A stretch of 64,000 bases of DNA from Ramazzottius varieornatus (lineage: Eukaryota > Animalia > Tardigrada). The DNA lies in the NCBI GenBank assembly GCA_001949185.1, contig BDGG01000002.1, positions 6,190,448-6,254,447 of the forward strand. The letters are read 5' to 3'. Made by a program: the position numbers and the translations under genes. Below the pieces are notes generated by a model. That model searched no databases, had not been told where the DNA came from, and saw only the letters and a list, made by a program, of their open reading frames with translations. Shown here one piece after another: positions 50,601 through 62,900 of the stretch; position 1 is the stretch's first letter, and the number at the start of each line of letters is the position of its first letter.

Positions 50601-53600
50601 AGCTCCTCTGTGAATTCACTGTTATCACGCTTCAGCACGGCCGAGATATGCTCCAGTGCTCTCTTCATTGATTGCGCATCAGGCACTACATGCAACCAAA
50701 GACCATTCCCGTCAGATAACAGTAAGTTAACTGGGAAATAATGAGGAAAGAACCGAAGCGTAAAAACCGTTAGCCTACCCTCAAACATCTCGATCCCAGA
50801 TGGGTCGCCAACCGTAGATACAGAATCATCCCGCATAAACTGCTCATCTTCAAAGGCATCGTTGTAGAATCCGGGCGGCTGTGCCATCCTTGAACTCTTC
50901 TCCAGAGCCTTTAGTCGCTTCGAGTTCCTTAAAGACGTCCTGAAAAACAGACAGAAAATTAGGGGAAAAAACACTGATGAGAACATCCACCTCACTCTTT
51001 GAGCAGAAATACTCGAAACTTCACCCCACCGGAAGTGGACATTTCTAAATATGCTCAAAAAAGCAAGAGGCAAACAAGCGAAATTTTTCTAACGATGTTT
51101 AGGTTCAAAATCCGCGACCTTACGAGGACGTCGGACTTAAGGATGTTCGGAAAAGTGAAACCATATATACAACTCTTACCGTAAAAACTCGTCGCGTTTG
51201 ATCCGTTGTTCGTCCTCTTCTCTCCGGCGAACTGCTGCAGCATGATGTCGCTTGATTTTTTCTGCTTCTAGCATGGCGGGAGAAGGGAGGGCCATATCTA
51301 CGGCGTTGATCGGATAGCGTAAGGGACCACGTACAGCGCCCAAGAACTGGTCGGGAACATCGACGGCCATCTCTCGATGATGTGCAGCGTTGCTGCTGTT
51401 GTAATGAATCTGTGTGCCCATGTCACAGGCCGAGTCCGCTGACTGCAGTGAAGAGGAAATGCGGGAATTCTCCTCCGAAGCCAGAGGGAAGGGAGCGGAG
51501 AAGCAGGGAGGAAGAGCAGGTCTCGTCGAGACGGAGTCAAAAGAGGAGGGAATGTCGAAATATAATCCCTCGTGGCCTTTTGACAACTGCAAACACGTAT
51601 CAATGTTGCGCAGTGTGCGCTGTAGCAAGTCTTCCACAGAGAGATGGTGTTGATGTGCGGATATCGGGCGAATGAAGTCAACTTCCGGTGAGGGTGAAGG
51701 AGAAGAGGAATGAGCAGAGTCGGGCGTCGAAGGCTTACTCAGACAAATTCCCACATTCAACGTCGCGGCTGGAATATCTATCTGGTCATTATCCGGTTGC
51801 TGCTGTTCTGGTTGAAGGTTGGCTTCAGGAGCTTCAGGAGAAATGACATCGTTGTTGTCGACCAAACTGGCCATATCGGTGGGAGAGACAATGGCGCCAT
51901 TCTTGGTGGGGATAAAGTCGGTGCGTGGATGAACTTGATCGTCCGACGAAACAATGTAAGCGTTTTGGATGCAATAACTGGGGAACTCGTCAACTGCAAA
52001 TATTAGACATCACCGTCAGGAGGTTAATATTGACATGAGAAACAGGTGGGAAGGAAGTATGCACTCCATTGATGGTATCATCGGTCGGACCATCGATTTA
52101 ATTATGACATCGACCATTTACAGCCTTAACTGCTCAGTCTGCTCACGCAACCCCTATCCCACCGCAAAAAAATATTGCTTTCTCCCAGGGATACTTCAGG
52201 GAGAAGTCCCTAATAGCCGAAGCAATCACAACCGATACCTCACCCTGCCGATACTAACAACGAAATAATGGATTAATAGATGCATTTCATTTTGATTTAT
52301 GAATGTCCAATCTTAAACTTACTGACATCCACCGGACAGGTTCCTAGGTTTGGATGGAGCTTTTGTGGAGATCGATAACGATTGCTGCTCCTCAGATCAT
52401 CTAATAGACCCACTTTAACATTTCAAGGTGAACATCCTATAAAAGCGATGATGGACGGTAAACGAACTACGAAGCAACGATGATATACAACACACTATGT
52501 AATCGCGTTTTTCGCCAGACGGCTACTGACTCAACGCGTGCCAAGCGCCAACTATCACTAATCCTTTCTTCAGGTGAGATGCGCTCGTCAGTAGGGTGAG
52601 TGAATCTTGGCTGCCAGCCTAAAGATATGGTCATGTAAATTTATAAAGTACGATAACCAGACAACGATGAGTGAAGGAGGGAAATTCCATTCAAATAATC
52701 AAATTCCTCAAATTCGTAAGTTAATTAAATTCTCTCTCATATGAGCCTCCACTGGCATGGGCTCGCAGAAAGGATGAGCCATAGGCCCTTACCCCCGTCT
52801 GAACACCCACGCTGACCAGTGGTCGCCGAGAGCGGATTGCGCGGACTCGCAGAGAGCCTTATGAACGAATTCTCTCCAACCTATGGGAAATATTTTCAGA
52901 AAGATGAAAGTTTCCGACAGACTTAATCTAGAATCGTAGATGCGAGTGTTGGACTGCACCCATGAGCCTAAGTTATCGGTCTTACATTGAAAATCAAGTT
53001 GAGCTTCCGGTTCGCTTTGCGAAAATCACTGATCGTTCTCTTGGTTTACCACTGTTCAGCAAAATTTTCTTCGCTGGTCGACCACAAGTTCTGCACCACG
53101 TGTTGTGCACAAGATGTGAGCCGTACCCACGTTCGGCGACCTCCCAAAAATGGATCATCATCTTACCCAGTCGTCTTCCTTTTCTCCTTCGGACCTTCAG
53201 CGACACGCGACGGGACTTGATGCTCTACAATAACGAACAGAAATTAGACATGAAGTGTACAAGCAATTGATGATGTGGCTGCATGGAAAAACTTTCGACG
53301 TGACGGGTCGCCGCGAACAGCAGCGCGGTCTATCGTCATCAGTATCCAAGTCACAAGAATTACTATTTAGATATTCGTAAGCATTATGATATTGCATACC
53401 TCATGAATATGGGTGACAACTTCCTCATGAGTGACATCGCTCAACATCCGGCCATTGATCTCGATAATCTCATCCCCAACTTCAACACTGGCGTGATCTG
53501 CGGGAGACCCTGCAACAGAAAAACAAACTAGTACATAGCCAGGCGATTTTCTTATTTTTCAAAAACAAACCTATTTGCAAATGTTGTGTGCGGTTGTATT

Positions 53601-54721
53601 CCTACGTTTTTGCATGCTGGTCGCTATAATTCTAACTGTCTCGGTGAGCCGATCAGTGCGCCACCTGTGGAGCTTCAGTGCTACGCATCCGGAAGTGCCA
53701 TTCTCCGGGGGCCAGCCTCAAACTCCTCAGAGGTATTTTGAATGGTCTTACAAATGTGTTGCTGTACCAATACAAACCGCAAATGTTTTATCATACGATA
53801 AATGTTTTATCATATCATACGATTTTAATAGTTACCATACGTGTGCTTTCTTTACTCAGAGAGGCAGATCGAAATCGAAGATATGCCGATTCGAAGTCTG
53901 GTGGCGCGTCGACGCTTCCGGTTCCTCGTTCGAGATTCTAGACTCTTTCGTGGAACCGAGCGGTTGTAGTTAATGCGGTTTCCCTAATCTCCTAATATAT
54001 AGTTATCGTATTGGATCGTTAATTAGCAGGTACTAGCTGTAAAACGTGGGCGGAATTGGATCTAATCAGCGAGTTACGATGAACGATGATGATAGAGTAT
54101 ATACCACATGGGTCTTCGACGCTCATGTACGCAAATAAATTAGCTGCTCGCGGAACGTACCAAAGGCCCTGCCCGGTGTCAGTGGTGTGTCCCGTAACAG
54201 TGTATTACATTACTCAAGTGGTAAGCTCTTGTTACTCCTTATTCAAACGTAGTACGATCTCTCGAGAGCGGCAGGATGTATTCCAAGAAGCTGTGCAAGC
54301 TGATGCATATAGTGTGATAAGGCGTTGACAACGGAAGAATTTCAACAAGAAAAAGTTCGACGTCCAGCCTGTATTTCGTCTGCAGCATATGCTACGCGGT
54401 TAAAAATTTTACCAGCAAAAAATTTTGCATTCTACGAGATTTGTACCGGACAACATAATCAATGCTGCATTTGAATACATATTTTTTATCATAACCGACT
54501 ACGCCGAAGGAATCGCCTGTCAACAGACCGCGAAGTACCCACCAGTGCACTTCCGGCTCCCAATTAAATCAACTCTTGAGCGCGGCCTAACGAAATATGG
54601 TGATTGTACCAGTAAAGCGATTCTTACCGAAAAGTTTGATCTTTCCGTCGTCGTTCTGCGCGACCACAAGGCAATATCCGGATAATAAACGGCTTGATCT
54701 TCCAATTGGCCTTCTCGTCAT
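47681..54721 (-). CDS. sdt: MAGUK p55 family stardust/PALS1 (MPP5), long isoform with extra N-terminal PDZ-like domain
   Basis: Exons 54721-54628, 53509-53400 and 52880-52793 splice in frame into the ~51993 exon. Then ECR1 HREMAVDVP, two L27 domains, PDZ (LGATIR...[26 protein letters not shown]), SH3 (ANFDYDP...[13 protein letters not shown]...WWQA...AGLIPS) and GuK (RRPIVLLGP...HTTR...YGTS), ending QWVPAEWIR*. Confidence 0.93.
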
Positions 54722-55980
54722 GATAGCACACCAACCATTCGGCGCCGCCGTAAATGATAACCAGCGGTTAATTATAGGCGGCTAATGAAGACATAAATTT
54801 CCACTAAACATTCTTGGTCAGCATGTGGAGCAAGCAAAGCACCAACTCCAAAATGCTGTAGTATAATGTATGGTAAACTTCGCCGTACAGATGGTTCCCA
54901 GCAAACAGTGTACATTACATCACCGGGTGGTCGGGAAATATCGGGAAATACATCAGTCGTCTTTGACAGCTTCAGCACAGTCGAGAGGAAATGCAACGGA
55001 AATGCGAAATACTCCAAAGAGTGACTTGGGAGAATGAATTCTTGATAAGTGAACCACAAAAGGAAGGACAGGACGCCAGGCCAACAAGCCAGTTCGCGTG
55101 GTAAGACGGAAAGCGGGATAACTGCCTTTCCTCGGTCTTCCCCCTCTCTCCCTGGCTCTCCCGGGCTTCACCGTGTCCTAAACGATTTTTCGCGATGGGA
55201 AACAGGCCAGACTCTCTTTGCGTAAGCCTCATAAGCCGCTCACTCCACGCGGAAACTATTGGTTTAGCGACGACTTGATTTCTAATAACCCGTCCAAAGG
55301 AAGAAATACAGCCGCTCGATCTCTCTTCCCATCGGCTGGCAAAACTATCCACCAGTAATGTTTCCATTAACAGCTTTAATTATTACAAGGCTCGCAGTTA
55401 AGTCGAAGCACTAATCAGAGTTTCTGACAGCAGTATCTGGAATCCTTCGATAACAACAGCCTGTTTAATTTCACTTCCTTGTCCGCAAACTGTAGGATTA
55501 TACGGCACTTTGTGACAGTATGCTTTTTCGCGCCCGCACTGAAAAAGCACGGCTTCAATCAGTAACCTTGGTGCCTGCAGGAAGTACGTACGCTTACCAG
55601 GAGTATATGCCGCGCTTTAGCGCTATAAAGCTGCCCGTAATCCATTCCTGGAGGGGCTACTTTGTCGAGCTACCGTACATGCGCATATTGATCGCCCTCA
55701 TGCTACAGCCACAAACTTTTTGATGAGTTTCACAAAACAATGTCACCATGCCGCACGCAATGGATAGCTAACGAAGATTGACAGCCACGAACACATGCCA
55801 AGCTTGAATGGGACGTATCTATGAAAATTAGCAAAAATATTCCCGAGAAGCAATCACAAGTTTTGAAGGCACTACAGAATGGAAATACTGTTCTAGCTGC
55901 GAAAATAAATAGAGAGAGGGATTTAGTCAAAATAATTAGGAAGAAGGAACCGGTAAGGAATCTATTGAAAGAAAGCTCTG

Positions 55981-57791
55981 TTAGACCACTGATCCATCGT
56001 CGGAAATGTTCAGCGTCTTTGTGTACACAAGTGGGCTCGAAGTCTTGCTTCCAGTGTTGGAGGAGAGAGACGTGACAGTGTGCGAGTCTGTTGCTGCGAC
56101 ATCTAACGTTTCCGAGCCATAATAGCTGACATTGTCGCTTTCAGAATCCAGTTTACCACTACCATGAATGTCACTGCTTCTCAAGAAATCACTGTCGTCG
56201 GAGATCACGGAATCGGAGCGGCTCAGTTCGGAGATCTCACTGCCTCGCCGCATAAGTCTATTGATTCGGTGCTTGCCGCCAGAGGGAAGACTCATGGGTG
56301 GTGGCATCAGGGTAACGTCATTATCTGTTCGGTCTTCACAGAAAGGACCTGGAGAACTACAGCTCTCCTTCAGGCTAAGGGAAGAGGTCCCTCCTCCAAA
56401 GGGCCCGAACTTGCGCATACTCTGACGTAGCTTCGCATTCATGGACCCAACCCGGCGAATGCTGGTGCTGAACGCCTGTGACGATAAACTCAGTATAGAA
56501 AAGCGATTTTGGTATAAAATGTAATGCGTTCAAATTTGCTGTTGGAGGGAAGATGTTAGTTTCCTAGGATAGCTTACATGCGAGAGTGTTTTGGAGATGC
56601 GTTGCGGCGGCTGACGGGAAGCGGGTCGCCGGAAGCCAGAATGCTTGGGTTGCGCGTTCAGATACTGCGCTGCTGTTTTCCCGCTGTAATCATAAATTCA
56701 TAATTTGCATTATAAATTTATACGGTTGATCACTTAATGTAGTTGCCAATCATTTTCTTAGCTGATGGGAGCCCAACCTGTAATCAACAGCATCGCGATC
56801 GGCCTGGCATTCGTTGACGAGAGCCGCCATGGTTTCAGTCTTGTGACGCATGGCCGCGACGTGCAGCGGAGTGTATCCTGCGCGAGACCGAGCCTACAAA
56901 GTGGCACGTAACAGACCCCTTTTTGACGACCATCACTCGTAAGGTTTACACCATCCGTGAGTTTACGAGGCTCAGCCACCTCCAAGCACGATTACCAGAG
57001 CACGTTATCGGATGTTCGGGTGGAGTGCCATAATAAACTTCCAACACATACCTGAACATTAGCCTCGCACTTCTTCACGAGAAAAGCTAGCAACTCATCG
57101 TTACCATGATGTGCGGCCCAATGTACAGCCGTGTATCCTGCATCAAACAAAAGCGATTGTTACAGTAATGACTTCCGGAAGAAGGAAACGGAATAAATCG
57201 TATGTTGTCCGCTTAATTAATTAGAACGAACATTCTAGAGCTTTGCTAGACTTGCCTGATCCAGGCATACGTGCACGTGCGAGATCTGGATGCTCAAGGA
57301 CTATCCGTTTTATGTTCGGAGAGTCGTTCTTCGCAGTAGCTAGGAACCAGGCGCGAAAGACAGCGCTGTCGACAGTCAGCTTTTCTCGATCGAATTCCGT
57401 CACTTTCGATTGTAGTTTGCCACTTGCCTCCGAAGGATCCCTCGGTTCTCTCTTGCTATCTTTGGGCGTTGCTGATTGCTTTCGCTCGTGCTGCTTTACA
57501 GTATTCGCTGCGTGAGCTGTAAAACCATACCCGTCTGGTCTCACGAATTTCACAATAGGTTCGAAGGATGCAGTTAACCCACTTTGTGAAATAGACTGCT
57601 TAAAACTTACCTGCCAAAGTCTTTTCTATTGCTCCGCCAAAGCCTTTTACGAGCCCGACAGGAATTGGCGCATCTTCTCTGTCCAACTTCTCGGGCGTCC
57701 TGGTTGAATTATCCACGTCTTGTCGTGTCAGCTTCTCAAGCGCTTTGTTGCCCGATGAGTGATGGCCATTCTGCTTGGCCTTGACGTCCAT
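55981..57791 (-). CDS. sowah: Ankyrin repeat protein, SOWAH/sosondowah-like, multi-exon
   Basis: RAWFLATAKND...LEHPDLARARMPGS|GYTAVHWAAHHGN...ANVQ|ARSRAGYTPLHVAAM...ADRDAVDY|SGKTAAQYL matches the SOWAH ankyrin block. A Ser-rich tail follows (ORF 55981..56442). Confidence 0.82.
57138..57255 (-). other. Non-canonical GC-AG intron in the SOWAH-like gene
   Basis: In-frame joining of MPGS-G and GYTAVHW requires donor CAG|GCAAGT (otherwise a consensus match) and acceptor TGATGCAG|GA. Confidence 0.75.
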
Positions 57792-58027
57792 CCTTCACGC
57801 TGCTTCCGCGGGCTACTGTCACCCCATCCTCGATCAGGGTGAAGACTCGCAGAGGACGATTCTTCGCTCTACTAAGAACGACAGCAGGAATTTAAATTGT
57901 CAGTGCGAGCTGCAAGGGAAGGATCAAGCAACTTGTTGCTGAACTTTTGTTTACTGTACATCACTGACGAGCTGCTGTACTTCGCCTACCAAAATTGATT
58001 GGCTTGAATGCTACTGGACTGTCACGA

Positions 58028-58120
58028 TTGATTGATCGTTCGACACTACAGTGAGTTTGTGCACATTCGGAAGGACTACAGCCCTGTAGACACTCGCTAA
58101 GGTATCAAACGACCAATCAA
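58028..58120. repeat. Imperfect inverted repeat/hairpin in the divergent sowah-PSTK intergenic region
   Basis: 58028-58046 (TTGATTGATCGTTCGACAC) matches the reverse complement of 58102-58120 (TTGATTGGTCGTTTGATAC) at 16/19, with further looser pairing inward. Confidence 0.55.
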
Positions 58121-58625
58121 CCATAGGTTTATGGCGGCACTATAACCAAGTGAGCCATGCAATCAAGGCACAAAACAGACGATACCCTATGGGGCTTAGA
58201 AGCCCCGCCCCGGTGGCCAAGTCGCAAATCCGCGAAACAAGATGTATTACTGTAGTTAATGGTTTTTCGGACGATCTCGTGCCATCTTCATTCTTCAACG
58301 TTATCGTAGAAGGATACGGACAACTGAGGAACATTATGATTCAAGACGTTTTCTAGTGCGATGTACGTGCTGCTCAGCAGAGGAACCCTGTCGAAAGCTG
58401 TATCCTGTGTTATCAGGCGGACAGCTGACTCCCAAGCTCCAACGGCACCGACCGGAAATCGACTGATTTCGCTTATTATCCGAGTCATACGCTGGATTGC
58501 AGGTTGGACTTACGAGTTATCTTACGTACTGCAGTTCGAGAGGTAGTCTTATTTCGTTGTTTGTTCGTAGTGTTGGGTACTTCCGGTTGGCACCAGCACT
58601 GCTCCTAACGCGCAGATTCGAACGG

Positions 58626-59621
58626 ATGGACGACGATGGGCACATGGAGTTCCCCAGCGAAAAGTCCTCAATAGTTCTGGTCGTCATGAGTGGTCTACCG
58701 GGAGCCGGGAAAAGCACTTTCGCCAACACACTACAAGCAGCATTCAAGGTAAAATATCCTGATACAGTCGTGTTTCTCGTGGAGTACGATGCGCTGGTGA
58801 AGCAGATCATCCCATCAGAGTGGAAGCGTCAGCGGCTAGAAGTCCTCGATGCAGTTTCCCACCTTGTTCTTACCATACGCAGTGGTAGTTCGGGAAGGGA
58901 GGCTGAATCAGACAAAGAAAGCCTAGGCGAACATATTCTTCGCTTCAACGCCCAAGCACTTCGTTCGGCCAGCAGGTCCAGCAAGATTGTTGTCATACTG
59001 GACGACAACATGTACTATCGAAGTATGCGCTATCAGGTCTTCCAGCGAGCAATCCAGCTTCGCGCGGGATACTGTCAGATACATATCGCGGTGGCATTGG
59101 GAACTGCAGTCCGGCAGAACCTTCTTCGGACATGTCCGGTCCCAGAAGAAGTCATTGCGCGTATGGCCGCGGCATTCGAAGAACCGAACCCGACGAGATA
59201 CATCTTCGAGCAGTATAGTCTGGTACTGGATACCGTAACATCTACATCAGTGGACAAAGCTATGGTGTTGGTGTTCAGAGCCATGGAGGATCCACCAAGG
59301 AATGTGGATAACGATGAGGCAGCGTGGGTAGCAGAAGAAAGATCAAAGGCCCAGGAACTCAATAGAACGAACCTGCTGCACCGGGCTGATTCTATTCTTC
59401 GCCTTCTGGTTCAAACTCTGTGTTCTCTTGCTAAATCTCAGGAAGATGTTAACGATGATTTGAGAAGGGTGAGTTCGCGGGCTGTTGGCTGTCGGAAGAA
59501 AATTTTGCAGCAGCTTCGAGATATGGCAAACCCAGACTGTGAGTTTGAAGTCATTTTTGATCTGCAAGGCTTCCTCACCAAAGAGTTCGATGCGTGTTAT
59601 GAAAACGATAACTCACAATGA
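58626..59621 (+). CDS. PSTK: L-seryl-tRNA(Sec) kinase (phosphoseryl-tRNA kinase), intronless CDS
   Basis: P-loop VVMSGLPGAGKST, EYDAL, WKRQR, ILDDNMYYRSMRYQV (PSTK-type rather than KTI12-type), RQNLLR..PVPEEVIARMAAAFEEPNP, and C-terminal NLLHRADSILR. Confidence 0.92.
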   Translation: MDDDGHMEFPSEKSSIVLVVMSGLPGAGKSTFANTLQAAFKVKYPDTVVFLVEYDALVKQIIPSEWKRQRLEVLDAVSHLVLTIRSGSSGREAESDKESLGEHILRFNAQALRSASRSSKIVVILDDNMYYRSMRYQVFQRAIQLRAGYCQIHIAVALGTAVRQNLLRTCPVPEEVIARMAAAFEEPNPTRYIFEQYSLVLDTVTSTSVDKAMVLVFRAMEDPPRNVDNDEAAWVAEERSKAQELNRTNLLHRADSILRLLVQTLCSLAKSQEDVNDDLRRVSSRAVGCRKKILQQLRDMANPDCEFEVIFDLQGFLTKEFDACYENDNSQ

Positions 59622-59925
59622 AAGAAACCGGGAGGGTCTCCGAGATATATGCTGGGGTTCGCTGTAGAACTGGGATGAAGGGTGAACTGAAATTGGTTTA
59701 TTGTCCAGGACAGTCACAATTGAGCACAATGAAACATTTCGCAAGTTTGCAACCCAATACAAAATACTATACAGCAAAGCAGAAGGAGACGCTAAAATAT
59801 GCTCGTGAACAGAACGGTACTATGACTATTGAGGCACCCACATAGTTCTGTTATAAAATAAAACTAGAAAATTTTGATATGGTAGCTTTGCTTTGTGTTA
59901 TTCGTATCACAAATTAGTACCGTTT

Positions 59926-62900
59926 TCACTGCAGGTCGGCAGCTGCGGATGTTGTCGTCATGCTGCTGCTGCTGCTTATAACGTGCGATGAGTGACGGCT
60001 GGCGTGGGTTAGGACACGGACAGTCGTCTCGAGCGAACTTGTACTCGCTAAAACATGAATATGTTAGTGTCGATGAATACGCAAGACATCAAGACATCCA
60101 GTGATGAAAGAGGGAAGAAGCAGAGAGAAGAAGAAAAGAAGAATAATTCGCGATGACAGGAGGAGGAGGCCATTGAAATTCTTCTCATTTACGTTGCTCA
60201 CCAGCGGTAACTCTGAGGAACACTACACATGTGGCTTCCCCTGCTGGCGACCTGGCCACCAGACGGTATTCTCCTTCATCTTCGCAGAAGGCTTCAGTTA
60301 TGACGAGGGTGCAAACGTTTCCGGAGACGAAGGTTCGGAAGTACTTGGAGTTCTTGATCAAGTTCGAGCCTTTGTACCATTTAACTTCCGGCTCTGTCAA
60401 AGAGAAAATTATACTGTAATTTTATAGCAGTTACAAAGGAAAGACGTTGGCCGTGAACGGAACAGCAATACTTACGAGGTGTACCCACGACTGTGGCGCG
60501 GAACGTTGCAGATTCTCCCTCGTAAACCGTAACGTTTTGAGGAATCTGCGTGACTTCCGGACGGGTGATTTGTGAAGTTGTGACAGGACCTCGTTGCGGC
60601 ACTACTTGTGAAGGATTAACTCCTTAAAAAGGGGCAACCAATGAGCCGACAGCAATGACTTTGTGAAGTTTTCAAGTAGTTAACGAACCTTCTACGCTGA
60701 GCTGCGCGGAGCATCGTGCTTCTCCTCCTTCGTTCGAAGCCACACAATCCAACCTAAACAAGAAGGTAATTTTACTTTCGTTGTATCGTTGAAGGAATCA
60801 ATCTTTGAGTTACGCACCACCCAGAGTCGTCGGTGTTGGAATCCAAAAAGAGCAACTGATGTATGTCGTCCTGTCGCAGGAACTTGATACGATGAGATGG
60901 GTTTAGCTTCTGGCCGTTCTTGAACCAGGAAACACTGATCGGTGCCGACCCGTGGATCTTCGCTTCCATCTTTACAGTGTCTCCTGCAGTAGCTTTGGTG
61001 TCGTGAATCGTATCCACAAAGCTCGGAGGAGCTGGTCCGCTCGATTCGCCCGAGTAAGCTTCCTCGACGATTAGGTTCGCCGTGCTTTGCGACATGCCAC
61101 CCTCATTGATAGCCTAGAAGACAATTGTTGACCTTCGACGGACTTGGTAAAGTTCGAACTTTGGTCAAATCTACCTTGACGGTGAAGTTTGCCGAATCCT
61201 CGAGGTAGACTTCGTTTACGAAGAGGATGGACGTGTCATTGGTGGTAGTTATCTGGAAGTCCGGCGAGTTGGCAATGAGGAAGTTCTCTCGGTACCATTC
61301 GATTCGAGGTATCGGTTTGCCTACAATGAAAATGGCGGTCAAGTTCCAGTTTGACTTTGTATTTCCCTTTTTTGTTTTACCTGTAAAGCGGCAAACGAAC
61401 TGGGCAGATTTGCCTTCCGATACGCGGCAAGGTTCAAGCCTTTGTGTAAATTTGGGCGCTTGCAAGTCCGCCGGAAGTACGGGACCTCCGCCTTGTCCGG
61501 TAGGTACAACTCGTTGCACACTGGCTCGTTTGCTCTCCGAGGTTTCGCGCTGCTGCACGTACCGAATTTCAGTTACGTTTCCCTTCTGAAGTCGTTGGGT
61601 ATACTCTGACTCGTTAGCCGACATCTCCAAGTCCTCGGACCCTGTGGGGATAGGCAGAGCCGGGGACTGAGTTCGCGACTGAAGCTGTTGCTGCTGCTGA
61701 CTGTGCGACGAGATCGACTTTGATAAGTTGATATCGGTGCTGGTAGAATGTTGCTGCATTGCAGGGCTTTGAGGCTTTGGTGGTAGCGTCGGACTGCCGG
61801 AAGTCTTTCGCGAAGCTACCCATGCGGGCTGCTCCACTTCCTGCTTGGATGTTTGGCGGATCCAAGCTGGGCCAGCGGAGCTTGCTGGTGTTGGGGGCTT
61901 TGGCGGAGTAACAGGCACTTGTTGAGCTGGTGATGGTGCAGTTTGTCGTTGTTGCTGTTGTTGCTGCTGTTGTTGCTGCTGTTGTTGCTGTTGGAAAGTC
62001 ATTTGCTGAGAAGAGCTGAAGTGGGAACTTTGCTGTAGCGTAGATTGCTGGTTGAACTGCTGCATCGGTTGTTGTACTGGACCTGCCGGTTTAGGCGCAA
62101 CGGGCGGTTGAACTGGAGGACTCTGCGGGACTTGAGCTGGTTGCTGTATCATCTGAAAGTTCTGCTGTGATTGATACTGCAGAGTTTGTTGTTGTTGTTG
62201 TTGTTGCTGCTGCTGCATCATTTGACGCTCTTGCTGCTGTTGTTTCCACGCAGGAACAACTGGCGGAGACTGAGGAACTTGGACTTGTTGCCTTTGCCAT
62301 TGATTGGTAACACTGGTCGACTGACTGGTTGATGATTGCTCAATGTGCTGGTCAGTTCTCTGTTGAGAAGGCACGCCAGGTGGCGCTCTGCGAACAGGCT
62401 GCAACTCGACCTTTTGCACACCTTCCTGTTGGTTCCTTACCGATTGTTCGACTCTGGTATTGAAGGAATCAGGTACCGGGACTGTGTCTTTCTTCGAGCT
62501 GCTTTGTTTCAACACTGTTCGATAGTCGCTTTGCGTGGTGATGGTCAGTGTTGTGAGCGTCGTGGCCGAACCTTCGGTGTTCTGGGCAATCACGGCGATC
62601 TCCCCACCATCGTACTGACGCGTGCGCGGAATTTCCAGAGTGTTTATCAAGCCATCGTAGCTAATTTTGAATCGCGAACCAGTTATCACCAGTTCATTGT
62701 TCAACATCCAGGATATCCTTGGTCGGGGGTAACCTGCTACTTTACATTCAAACTTGGCTGGTTCGCCTTCCTTCACTGTCAGAGCGCGAGGCTTGACGGT
62801 GAACTCCGGCTTCGATCGCTGTTTTCGGTTGTCAGGAGCTTCGTACGGAATAGGTCCTCGTTCCGACAGCTCTCGCTCGATTTCTTGTAATCGCTCAACA

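Noticed and set aside
53782-54950. Small tandem duplications (AATGTTTTATCATA... at ~53782-53823; TCGGGAAATA x2 at 54931-54950)
   Set aside because: Ordinary slippage-type duplications with no further structure.
59666-59715. SECIS-like ATGA-N11-AA-N17-GA downstream of the PSTK TGA stop, suggesting Sec read-through
   Set aside because: Helix II cannot form in register with the GA quartet, the AA-to-GA spacing is short, and the TGA is at the normal end of the protein. SECISearch3 would settle it.
14184-61380. Several stop-free introns of 3n length (14184-14240, 21818-21907, 27463-27528, 30381-30440, 44018-44104, 50686-50778, 61321-61380)
   Set aside because: With roughly 90-100 short introns in the window, about this many are expected by chance; no evidence of enrichment.
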